The notes under the pieces were generated by a model, which saw nothing but the letters and a program-made list of their open reading frames with translations, was not told the origin of the DNA and ran no database searches. DNA of 64,000 bases from Selaginella moellendorffii (Eukaryota; Plantae; Lycopodiophyta). The position numbers and the translations under genes were made by a program. The stretch is from positions 1,496,374 through 1,560,373 of the forward strand of contig NW_003314272.1 of assembly GCF_000143415.4 (NCBI RefSeq), in the 5' to 3' direction. Every line of letters starts with the position of its first letter. The first letter of the stretch is position 1. Positions 13,513-25,785 of the stretch are shown here, piece by piece.

Positions 13513-15510
13513 ATGGCAGATGAACAATCTCCTCCTTTGACTCTGGAGCAATAATTGGTACAATTGTTTGATGCTATGTACATGCAATTGAACAATCAAC
13601 CTTAGTTGATGGCGGCATTCACGGCACATGGTACAACTCCTCTTGATCTTGGTGCCAATCCTCGCGTTTGGCCGGAGTTCTTTTATGGGAATCCTAGGGA
13701 TGATGTGTACTATTGGTTCAATCACTTCACGGTGATTACCACATATCATTCTTGGGATGATGTTTGACATTTGCGTGAGTTTCCCATGTGTCTCCAAGGG
13801 ATGGCATTGCAATGGTACAATAGTTCGAGTGTAGCCATTCATGGGGATTGGAGTGTTCTCCTAGACGTCTTCAAACATGCTTTCGAACATGCTGACGATT
13901 GTGATGATGCCTTCCAACAATTGCATCATCTTTGCCAAGGGTCATCTGAGTCGGTGATGCAATTTGGCATTTGTTTCTGAAACCTTTTGCTTCGTGCGGA
14001 GCCAAATATGTCGAAGTGGATCAAGCTAGGAATGTTGTGGCCAACACTTCGTCAAGATCTTGTCGAATTTGTGTATGCACTTGCTCCCGCCACCCTTGAC
14101 GATGCTCTTTGCTTGGCGCAACGTTATGAAACGTTGCATCTTCCACTTCTCGCTACCTGTCCTTCAACTCCCTTTCCTATGGGTGATAGTCCTGTTCCAA
14201 TGAAGGTTGATGCTACTGTTGCTCGAGTCCAAGGACAAGGGCAAAGATGTGGTCATGGCCGTGATGTTTGTTGTTGGGCGTGTGATGAAGTTGGTCATAC
14301 TTATCGGTGTTGTCGGCATTTTCTGGATTGGTGAATTTTATTCTTTATAGCAACAGCCGTACACATGCATGTGCACAGGATGAGGTGGACCTAGTTGTGC
14401 ATGTGGGCGATCTCGAGCTTGAGTTGCAGTCATTATAGGTGGTGCCGAGTCAAGCTTTTAACCTCATTCTTGGTATGGATTGGTTGCAGCACAATCATGC
14501 CAAGTGTGACTTTGAGGCTTCTCCCCTTTGTCTCATACTTCCTTATGTATCATCCATTCCTCTCACTTTTGTACCTCTTTGTCCCCCTACTTCTACCTCT
14601 ACTTCTACCTCTGCTTCCATTACTTTTTTTCCCCCACTATTTCCTCCTATGTTTCCGTCTTGTTTTGCTCTTCCCTTTTCCGATCCTTTCGACAATCTTT
14701 GTGTTGTAGTGGTTGATCGGCTCATGCAAGAGTATTTTAATCTCTTTGAATTTGACCTATTGTTTGGGGCCAAGATTGCCACATGTCATCTGATTCCAAC
14801 CAGAGATGCTCGTCCAATCAAGGTTTTTGTTCATTGTTGGTCACCCAAGGAGATCAAGATTTAATGTGCAAAAGTCAAGGAGATGTCGGAGAAGGGTGTT
14901 ATTCGGAAGTCACAGAGTCCTTGGGCATGTGAACCTCATCTTGTGACAAAACCTGATGGGAGTATTTGTTTTTGCATCGACTATCGTCCATTAAATGAAG
15001 CGACGATCTCGGATGTGTACCCTTTTCCTCACACTATTGATCTCTTAGATTGTCTGGGGCAAAGTCGTTGGTTCACCAAGCTAGATCTGGCTTATGGGTA
15101 CTGGCAAGTACCGATGGCCGAAGAAGATATTCCTAAGACTGCTTTTCGTACACCATTTGGTTTGTACAAGTTCTTGGTGATGCAGTTTGGTTTGAACAAT
15201 GCTCCAGCAACTTTCTAGCGGATGATGGATGAGGTTCTTTGCGATATGCCAGAGGTGACTATTGACTTCATTAATGATGTCTTGATCTACTTGAAGGAGA
15301 CGTGGGAGGAGCATGTTCGTGATGTTTGTAAAGTGTTGGATCGGCTACGCGATGTTGGTTTAAAGCTGAAGTGGTCAAAGTGCGTGTTTGGGTCCAAGGA
15401 CACAACTTATCTTGGGTACCGTATTTCTCGTGAGGGTTTGCAAGTTGATTCTGACAAACTTGTGGCTATTCTAAAGTTCTCTACTCTAAAGTGTGTGAAT
15501 GATGTGTAGC
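13513..15510 (+). pseudogene. Element A gag / protease remnant / reverse transcriptase
   Basis: Gag GMALQWY and CWACDEVGH knuckle; LILGMDWL; SPWACEPHLVTKPDGSICFCIDYRPLN; KLDLAYGYWQV; KTAFRTPFGLY; multiple stops. Confidence 0.9.
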
Positions 15511-18500
15511 TGTCGCAAATGTGACTTCAAGTATTGAAAGTTACCTATCGGCTAGTCCTTATGAACACTCTTTCCTTACTGCCACAACGGTAGAAAGTCA
15601 GTATTGCTGGTTTCCTTTATCAACCCCTCTTGTTCAAGTGTTAGTAAACTGGACTTTGCATCTGTACTTGGCCGGATGAGTATAAGGACGTATAAAAGAT
15701 GGCATCAACTGTCGCTAATGGAGCCTCAACTCTCTTGAAGACATTGTTCCTCAGATTCTTAACTAGAATCAAGCCGTGTGCCTTGGCAAAGTAGTTGCGG
15801 GGCACAAAACACCCCACGACCTGCTGGCTTTCTTCAGTCGAAGTGTCATTACTTATCGGGATCTGTACGTGTTTATTCAGCCAAGCATACTTGGCCCGGC
15901 TTTTTAGTTCTCTTTTGCTCTGTCTTGCATTTGCTTGACAAGAACCCTCGCGTATTGAGACTAATCCCTCAATATCGCTGGATGATAGCTTACCGTGTCT
16001 GCCAAACACCCTCGCTATCATGCCTTTTGTGTTAGTCTCATTTCGGTCCCAAATACTATTTATGAAAAGTGTCTAGATCCGCTCATTTGGCATATCTACG
16101 AAATGTAGAGATTGGTCTAAACACAATGGTGTTCGTCCCATGTCCAAATTTGCAATTTAGCGCCATTCCGTATTTAGTTAGTTTTGAGCTTGTCTTAGAG
16201 ACTAACTTCTGATACTAAGGGAGGCTTGGGGTGAAAGCCCAAACCGTGAAATGTGAAAGGGGTGTGTTCCTCAAAGGAGGGAGGGGGGGGGGGGGGGGGG
16301 TTCCAAATGTATAGTAAGGATAGTGGGTAGGTCAGGCATGGCTGACCAACTTGAGGCACAATCTAGTTCCCGCTTGCATGCCTGTCGTTGTTCTGCGTCC
16401 AGCTTGGGTCTAAGCCCAAGTTCCATTCCATGCTAGTTGGTGGAGTACCCATATTTTCACATTAGGCTACTGGTATGCCGAAATAGCGCTAGACTCCATT
16501 TGGCTTCGTTTTACATACTGGTCTTAGAATTGGGATGTTGGTTGCTCTAGGATTGTTCCAAGTCGCTCTGGGCTCTTGTTCCTTCGCTCCTTGGGCTGTA
16601 TGCTCGGGAGTTGCTCCGTGGTCTGGTTCCATCACTCCTTAACTCCATGCTTGGGAGTTTGGCACCGTTCCTTTGTTCAGTGGCCCAAGGCTTTGAACCT
16701 CAGGTTCCACACCACTATCCTCTAGACACGTGGCATACGACACATGGCATATGAAGGGTTTAGGTTCCACTTCGTGGTGTTATCCTATAGTAAATCACCA
16801 TAGGATAAAAAGTAAAAACCACATGCGTTATATTTGGTATCAGAGGATGAGTCTCAGTGAGTACTATCCAATGAGATTGAGCAACTAGTCTCATTGCATA
16901 CATAGAGATGAAACGATGATCCGAGTGGGTACATGTTTGGGTGCAAAGGCTTCACAATTGTTCCTTGGGTATGGATTTGATTACCTTGTTGTACCTTATG
17001 ATGTGAGTTTGTTCTTGGGCTCATAAGGGGGATTGAGTTGTTCCGTTTGTACAAGTTTTTGCTTGGGCTTGTGAGTGAGGTACATTAGTAACTCATTGTT
17101 ATACTTTAAGTTGGCAGGATGAATGTTAGCCTATTGGTGGTTCCATGAGTTATTCCATGTATTGTGGGTGAAAGTAAACCTTCCCTGGGTTTACTATGAG
17201 TGGCAAATAGGCTGGTCCGTAGCTATTTAGCACGGCACTAGTCGATCCTTCCTAGGCATGATTACAAGTGAATCAACCAAGACTGTAAGGGTTAGTCTAT
17301 TGGTTCAGGTAGTCATTGCCGTGCTCTCTCATAAACTTTTCTTGGATTAGACTAAAGGCAGTGCAAACGCAAGTTTGAGGTTTAGTCAAAGATGAGACCG
17401 AAAAGACTTGGGTTGCAATGCTTAATTCTTTTCTAAGGAACCTTGCTATTGTTCTTGAATAGCTTGGTGTTGGATTAGTTTTGAGTTTGTTCAAAAAGAG
17501 AGTGGCATGAGTTTGTCCGCGTTGTGAACAAAAGTTAGTGGTGTTTAGTGTTATAAATCTCTATCGGTGGAGTGTGGCATTTATGTTACATTTTGTCAAA
17601 TTGAGTTGACACTTGATACTCACATAAACCTTTGTAGCAGTGACATGGGCGTTGCTTGTGGTATTGCTCAATTAATGATCAAGTCATTGTGATGTTATAT
17701 CATATCCATGTGATAATGAGTAATGTGTTGACAAAGTTGTTTGGTTAAATGATGATCAACCCCAAAGTGGTTGATAGTGAAGCTAATCTATTTGAATGAA
17801 GTAGCATTGTAGTAGCTTTGACTAGATTCTTGATGGTAATCCATTATGTTAAGTTTAAGTTGGTATCTTGTTTTTTCAAGGGTTTGCCCATAAAATGTTG
17901 AAAAAGGGTTGTAGCATTCACTTGCTATAGTTTGTTAGTTGATCCGTTAGCACTTGGAGTAGATTGTTGGATGGAGAAGGTGTGTAGTTGAGGCATTGAC
18001 ATTGCTAGCATTTGTGTTAGTGGAAGTGGCATTGTTATTTCGAGTGATGAGGAATTTTTCTTTAAAGCTTATTTTTCCATGTCATTTTTCATTATTAGTG
18101 TTTTGGCTTCACATTGGATCTTGAAGGTGGTTGAAAAAGAGTGTTAGTGCAATATGGATATCCAAAGATATGGTCTTTGTGATCAAACCTTAGATATTCA
18201 TTTTGCAATTTGTGGATGTTGGTGTTAGATGTCGGATATATAGGCAAAGATGTTTGATGCTTAAGCATATTATTAGATCATGAGAATTTGTGTTGAGGTG
18301 AACCTATGTGAAGTAGTAGGTAGGAGGAAGTTAGTTGAGTTTTGAAAGTTTGCATTCCTAGACTGAGAGTTATTCTTTCTCTAAGATGGAAAATTTTTCA
18401 CAAATTTTCTTAGACTTTTCCAATAACTGATTTATTGATCATTTTGCCCAAAAACTTTTCCATTTTCGTAAGCCAATACAAAGTAGTGAAGGGGTTGGCT

Positions 18501-21500
18501 AGGGGTTGGTTTGACTTTTGTTAGCCTAGACTTTAGTAGGTAGTTTGTATGATGCGGCTCGAAAGGGATGGTGACTTTTGGGGCTAAGGCAATTGAGTTG
18601 GATAGAATCAAGAGTTGGTGTAGAAAAATGGTTGTTGCACTTTTCTAAGAAGGGTGACATTTGTGCCTTTCTTCTATAGCATTGTGTTTGGTGGTAGGTT
18701 GCACTTTGCATTTCGTTAAACTCTATGAGAGTAGTGAGTTCTCATTGATATTGACTTGGTCTTGGTAGCCTTGCACCTTGGCTAAGGATAGTGATGTCCA
18801 ACTTAGTTATTTGAGGCTGAGATGTTAGTACTTGTACTATAGCTTTGTCTATGAAGAGGTTGTGTACCAATATGAGTTCATTTTATAGTCTTCACTTTAG
18901 TTTTAATTAAGTGTTGATCATGTATAGTTAGCCTCTTCAAGGCATGCTCAAAGCTATTGACTAAATGCATTTGTGAGCTTATTGTGGTTGAGTTGGATTC
19001 AAGTGGTCATTTAATTTATGCTTGTTCATGAACCTTTATCTTATACCTAGGGTATTAGGTTCATATTAGCCAAATATTTAACTCGATGGTATGAGTTTAG
19101 TGTTTGGGTCTTGTGAAGGCAAGTTGAAGGGTGATTGTTGGTTACTTTGCAACTAGTGATTGCTTGTAGACTTTGTCAAGGACTGTTGACACTTGCTTCA
19201 CTCAATGATGATTTAGTAGTGATGGGTTTACTTCACTGGATGGTGTTGTGGAGGATCATGTCTTTAGTCTTACATGGGTTTTCCATGTTGGCATGTCAAC
19301 TTTACTTTTATCAATATCATTTGGTTGCATTTAGTTTGTAATGTTGGATTTTATTGAGTCTTGGATGTGGTGATTCACTGCTTGATGAAGTGTTATCTAT
19401 ATCTGAGTATTGTTGAAGAACTAATCTCGAATAATAAATATAATATCTTTGATTTTGGTTATCTTAGTTGTTAGAGAGCTTTGAGTGGTGATTCACGCTT
19501 GCTTTCTTTTAGCTTTGTTATGGTGTTGATGGCATTGAAGTGATGTTTTGTCATTAATATTATTGATGTTGAAATTCAAGTGAAATGAGACATCTCTTTG
19601 TAGGATTGATATTGAGTTTCATTAGTCTTGATGGAAATAGTGTTGATGACTTTGTTATAGCTTTATGTTATTGGCATTCGTGCATTGCTAATTAGTAACT
19701 ATGTTGACGTTCAAACGAATTGAGTGGCAAGTTTAAGTTAGTTGTATTCTAGACGAGATTATTTAGTAGCAGTTGAGATTTGAGCTTTTCCTTGAAAAGT
19801 GATTTAGTCGTGGACTATACTAACTTTACAAGAGGAAAAGTTAGTAATCAATATTAGAATGTTTAAATCTTTATTGGATTTGAGTTAGAATATATTGGTC
19901 ATTGATGATTCTTCTTGTGCTTATTATGAAGTGAGTTAAGTCTTGCTATAGATGGATTCATGGAGGATCGTTTAGTGATCACTTGTTCAGTATAATTCTA
20001 TTGTGCTTGGCTTTTGGATTGATATAGATATGTTTCTCATTAGCTTTGCATTATGAAGTTTAGTTTATAGATGTGTTGGAGGGGTTATTATAGATTGTAC
20101 CATGATTTCTTCTTTAGCATTGAAGTTGGTTCCTACAAGACTTGTGATCATTGTTAGGCAAGACTTGGCTATAGACTTCTTCGAGCTTTTGGTTCTTTGA
20201 GTTTTCATGCTTATGGTCCATTTGTTAGAAGTTGTTGGGGAAGGCATTTTGACTCATAGCTTCGATATTGAAGTTAGTATTTGCATTTAGCAATCATTCT
20301 TAATGATTGACTATCATCTAGGATAATTGATTATCCTTGTTCAAAGGTTTTGCTTGATTATTGTTGATCTAGAATGATTTGTCATTCTTCGGGATGATAG
20401 ATTTATTTTTCAACAATGATTATGCATCTTTTTATTGATGGGATGATTGATGATCTTTCATGATAGTTAGTTACTTTCTTTGATAGCTTATGGCTTTTCG
20501 CAATATTACATGTTCTTTGCGGTTTGCTTTGGATTGGTTTCTTGGGTTTGAGACATCAATAGGATGTTGCTGATACTTACTTGAGCAACTCTAGTTCTTT
20601 AGTATTGTTAACCGGGATCTATTCAGATTAGCTAGTGCGATAGTTGGCATGAATGAGTGTTCGTTGGTCTTCCCACATTCATTTTGTTTTGTTGATTGTT
20701 GCTCAAGTTAATTCTGATAGATTATGATGTTATTTCCTTCAGGTAATACATTCACGAGTATTGTGCTTATCGGTTATTGGTACTTTGTGTTCTTTGAGTT
20801 ATTTTTGGTAAGTTTTTTGCCATACTATTTATAATTTTCGATAGTTATATTTTATTATTAAGTATCTTCGATGATACACTAGCTATTAAATTTTGTTGGA
20901 TAGTAAATCCTATGTTTTCCAATGATAGTGATCTTGGTAGTTCCTATCCTATAATACTGGTTTATCAGATGATAACTTACTTGGAATACTTTTATGTTCT
21001 AATTCAAACTTTATTCACTAATAATTAAGTCTCTGAGATATTGTTGTTCATGATTTTGATATTATCCATCTATTGATCTTTGAGTTTGGGCCAGTATAAG
21101 TAGACTGGCTTCAGCACTTCGTTTGCATGGTGAAATCTCTAGTCATGGGGTAGCTACTGTTGACTAGTCACATAACTTGCCTCTCTGTCGATGTTCCTTA
21201 TTCTGTTTTAAAGGGTGTGACCATATAAACAACTCTAACTGCTTATTTACAGTAGTCTATCTAAACCTTATCAACAAGTTTGGTTTCTTTACTTAGGAGG
21301 GTTGGGGCCTCTAACTTCTCTCTCTATGTTCCTACAAATAGGGGCCTATCACACTTTGGTAAGCTGAGTGACACCTAGAACAGCAAGGGTGGCTAACTCT
21401 GTTGGTCATTTCCTTATTGGCGATGGTGGGAAGGTGTTTGAGTTGGTAGCGCATCCGCATTAGACAAAAAGATTGCCTCCTAACTCATTTAAGTCAGTGC

Positions 21501-22735
21501 ATTTCTTATATAGTGTGATCACCGTGAACTTTTTCTAGAGTTGTTTCCTTGGTGGTGGTCTAGATTTGAGTATACATTGACAAGGACGTCGATCTTCCCT
21601 AGAGGGGGAGAGTGTTACGAATGTGACTTCAAGTATCAAAAGTTACTTGTTAGCCAGTCCTTACATACACTCTTTCTTTACTGCCACGACGGTAGGAGGT
21701 CGGTATTGCTAGTTTCCTTTATCATCCCCTCTTGTTCAAGTGTTAATAAACTAGACTTTGCATCTGTACTTGGCCGGATAAGCATAAGGATGGAATTCCT
21801 AAGTGTCTATTTAACCAAGCATATTTGGCCCAGCTTTTTAGTTCTTTTTTGCTCTATTTTGCATTAGCTTAACAAGAACACTCGCATATTGAGACTAGTC
21901 CCTTAATATCGCTGGATGATAGCTTACCGTGTCTGCCAAACACCCTTGCTATCATGCCCTTTGTGTTAGTCTTATTTTGGTCCCAAATGCTATTTATAGA
22001 AAGTGTCTAGATCCACTCATTTGGCATATCTACGAAATATAAAAATTAGCCTAAATATAATGGTGTTCGTCCCATGTCCAAATTCGCAATCTAGCGCCAT
22101 TCCATATTTATTAAGTTTTGAGCTTGTCCCAGAAACTAACTTCTAATACTAAGGGAGGTTTGGGGTGAAAGCCCAAAGCATGTGTTCCTCCAGGGGGGGG
22201 TTGTGGGGGGGATCCAAATATATAATAGGGATAGTGGGTAGGTCGGGCATGGCCGATCAACCTGAGGCATAGTCTAGCTCCTGCTTACATGCCTGTCCTT
22301 GTTCTGCGTCTGGCTTAGGTCTAAGCCCAAGTTTCATTCCATGCTAGCTAGTGGAGTACCCATATCCTCACGTTAGGCCACTGGTATGTCGAAATAGCAC
22401 CAAACTCCGTTTGGCTCCATTTTGCATGCTGGTCCTGGCATTGGGATGTTAGTTGCTCTAGAACTGTTCCAAGTTGCTCTAGGCTCCTGTCCTTCACTCC
22501 TTGGGCTATATGCTCGGGAGTTACTCCGTGGTCTAATTCCGTCATTCCTTGGCTCCATGCTTGGGAGTTTGGCACCATTCCTTCATTCAGTGGCCCAAGG
22601 AGGTTCCACACCACTATCCTCTAGACACGTGGCATGTGATATGTACGTAGCACATGGAGGGTTTAGGTTCTGCTTCATAGGGTTATCCTATGGTAAATCA
22701 CTATAGGATAAAGGGTAAAAACCACATGCACTACA
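15511..22735 (+). mobile_element. Element B: non-coding (LARD-like) LTR retroelement inserted in the pol of A
   Basis: LTRs 15511-16832 and 21613-22735; PBS TGGTATCAGAG at about 16835; PPT AGAGGGGGAGAG at 21601-21612; decayed 5-bp TSD GTAGC/ACAAC (ancestral GCAGC inferred); no recognisable pol ORF internally. Confidence 0.85.
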
Positions 22736-24587
22736 ACAACGCTTCTTGGGCAAGGTGCAGTATCTCAGTCGTTTTCTGAATCATCTTTCTGATCGCACTA
22801 CATCGTTGCAAGTGTTGCTAAAGTCATCAACATCATCTTTGATCTGGTCTTCGGATTGTGAGCGGGCATTTGTGGATCTCAAAGAGCTATTAACGACTCC
22901 TCTAGTTTTAGCATATCCTAACTACACTTGACCTTTTATTTTGCTGTGTGGATGCTTATGACATTAGTCTTGGAGGTGTGTTGATGCAAAAGAGCTTGAG
23001 TCTGCCTAGTCAGTGCCATCCCATTATGTAAATAAGCCGTATATTACAACCAGCAGAGATGAACTACTCCACGATAGAGAAGGAGTGTTTAGTAGCAGTT
23101 TGGGGTTTCAAGAAACTTTATGCATATTTACATAGTTCTTAGACATTATTTGAAGATGACCATACTGCTGTTACTTCATTATTGAAGCAGAAGAACTTGG
23201 TTGGTCATACTGCTGGATGGGCTTTGAAGCTTTAAATATATGATTTTGATGTTGTTCATCACCCAGGGAGTTTTAGGGCTGATGCTGATGCCCTTTCTCG
23301 AGCTCCTCTTCCTTCTCCACTCTCTTCTCATGTTTTTGACGAGCCTATTGTTCTAGCATCTGTGGATTTTCTAAATGAGGATTCTGTGCCATTGGCAATT
23401 GCTGTACTTGATGTTCAGTGTCCACAAGGTGCAAAGCAAGATCTACCTTCTTTTGATGAGGTTTGCGAGGCTCAAAAGATTAAGCCATGGATTCAAAGGC
23501 TTCGAGATGGGTTTGAGAATCCTGTATCACTTACTGATGATTTGCCTTTTCAGCATTTACATTCTCAATATCACCTTGAAGACGGCCTTCTTTATTTTGT
23601 GGGGATGGATTCTGATGATCATTTACGGCTGGTGGTGCCTTCTGTCTTTGTTCCATGGTTTCTCCATGCCTACCATGATTCTCCTATTCTAGGTGGGCAT
23701 ATAGTATATCGTCATGTAATTGAGAAGTTGCGCAGGTCTTTCTATTAGCTAAAGATGTGATGTGATATTATCTGGTATGTGCGTAGCTTCGTTTGGTGCC
23801 AAGCTCGTAATACTCCCCCTTGTACCGTGGAAGGATAGTTGGAGTCAATTGTAATTTCCTGTCCGTTTGAGTGGGTGGCATTTGATCTTATGGGACCTTT
23901 TCCACGGTCAACCTTTAGCAATGAATATGTTATTATTGCTTCTAACTACTTAACTTGTTGTGTGGAAGTTGGTGCTTTTGCTAGTGCCTTTGCAATTGCT
24001 GTTGGATATTTCCTCCTCAATCGAGTGGTGTTCCAACATTTTTATCCAGAGCAGATTCTTTTGGATAATGGTCCCACATTTATGGCTAAGGCATTTCATG
24101 TTTTGATGTCTCAGTTGAGGATACACCACACTTTCATGAGTGCTTATCATCCACAATCATATGGTCTGGTGGAACGGCTCATTTGGACATTCAAAAGGAT
24201 GATTGCGAAGTATGTGAACTTTCAGCATTTAGATTGGGATGGTTATTTGCCATTTCTTCGGTATGTATATGTCATAGGGGTGCAGAGTTCTGTTGGTGCT
24301 TCACTATATAAACTCCTATACGGTCATGATCCAATATTACCGATGGAGCTGGGTTTACCTTCGCGATTGCCATGAGCTGCCGATGCTAGGTCATGGGATC
24401 AGTATTTGACAAACATTCTTCCACTTGTCCGAGCAGAGTCTGCCGAACACTTAGGCCGCGTACAAGTGGGACAACAATGGCATGACAACTCCCATCATTG
24501 TCCACCTACAGAGTATAAAGTGGAAGTTTTGGTGTTCGTCCATTTTCCCCATCTTACAGTATGTGGTTTATCTAAGGGGCTCCTTGC
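22736..24587 (+). pseudogene. Element A RNase H and integrase (continues at 45687-45930)
   Basis: RFLGKVQYLSRF; NYSTIEKECL; ADADALSR; HDSPILGGH; DLMGPF; LLDNGPTF; YHPQSYGLVERL; WKGPYRV after the insertion of C. Confidence 0.9.
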
Positions 24588-25726
24588 TGTAAGGAATTGA
24601 CTCCCCGAGATGTTGTAGGCTAAAGGATCCCTGAAAGCTTGACCAAAATGACAAAGAGTTCATCGGATGGGACCGAGTCGAAGATCGAGTCCAAGACCAA
24701 CTCTGAGACCGAGTTCAAGATAGAGTCCGGGATCGAGCCGAGGCCGAATCGGAGACCGAGATCGAGACCGAGTTCGAGACGGAGTCCAAGATCCAAATCG
24801 GGTCCAAGTCCGAGTCCGAGGTCGAGTCCGAGATCAGGTCCGAGATTGAGTCCGAGATCGAGTCCGAGACCGAATCCGAAGTCGGGTCCGAGATCGAGTC
24901 CGAGATCGATTCTGAGACTAAGTCCACATACTAATACAGCTCAAGGGGTGAAAGCCCAAAACATGTGTCTCCCAGGGGGGGGGGGGGGAGGCTGCAGGGG
25001 GTTCCAAAAGTATAGTAGGGATAGTGAGGTCTAGGAACCAGTCTTGAAGGAACTCTCCAGTGGTGCTTCCAAACTGACTTGAGGTTGAGATTGGGGCCGG
25101 GGGGCCTTGGGTGGGAGTGAGCATGGGCTTGAGTGGTGCCGGAGGGGCCACCCAGGGAAGTGCTCAAGAGCAGCTCCCACTCCCGAAAGGGAAACCGACT
25201 GCGGTGCTCCCGGCTCATGTGGAGTGGTGCCCCACTTGAGTACCTTGTGGCTCATTGGTCCTCGCCCTTCCTTGGGGCTTGGGCCTTCCCTTCGGGATGG
25301 AAGTGGGGGGGTAGAGGTACCCATACCGGGCCGTTAGGCCACGGTGTTTCACCCCGACGTCCCGAAGCAAGTGCTGCACCCAAGGCTTGGGATTTAGAGG
25401 GTCCCATGATCAAGTCTTGTGGTACCAAGGGGTGTTAGGAATCTGGAGGCTTGGTGTGCTTGGCTGCTTGTTCCTGCAGAGAGTGTAGCCAAACCTTAAG
25501 TCTAGTCTAACCTGGGGAGGGGGATTAGGAGAGATTTGGGAATCTGTAGATGGATGGCTAACACTCCATTGCTCGTGCAGTGAGTAGCTGAAACCAAGTA
25601 GGACCAAGTAGGAGCTGGTACCATAGGCGGGAACCTTGGCGAGGGAACTTAGCACGAGCCAAGGCAGAGTTGGTCGGATAGATGAGGTAAGCTGGCAAAT
25701 TGGAAAGGAAAAATTTATGACTTACA
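24588..25726 (+). repeat. 5' LTR of element C with internal GAGTCCGAGATC-type repeats and a poly-G tract
   Basis: Close direct repeat of 44523-45686. Confidence 0.95.
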
Positions 25727-25785
25727 ATTTGGTATCGGAGCCTCTTCCTCAGTTCTAGCGAAGGGTAGAGGCGGATTGCTGGGAG

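Noticed and set aside
24670-24920. CRISPR-like repeats
   Set aside because: Contiguous short tandem repeats without unique spacers, inside LTRs of a eukaryotic element; no cas genes.
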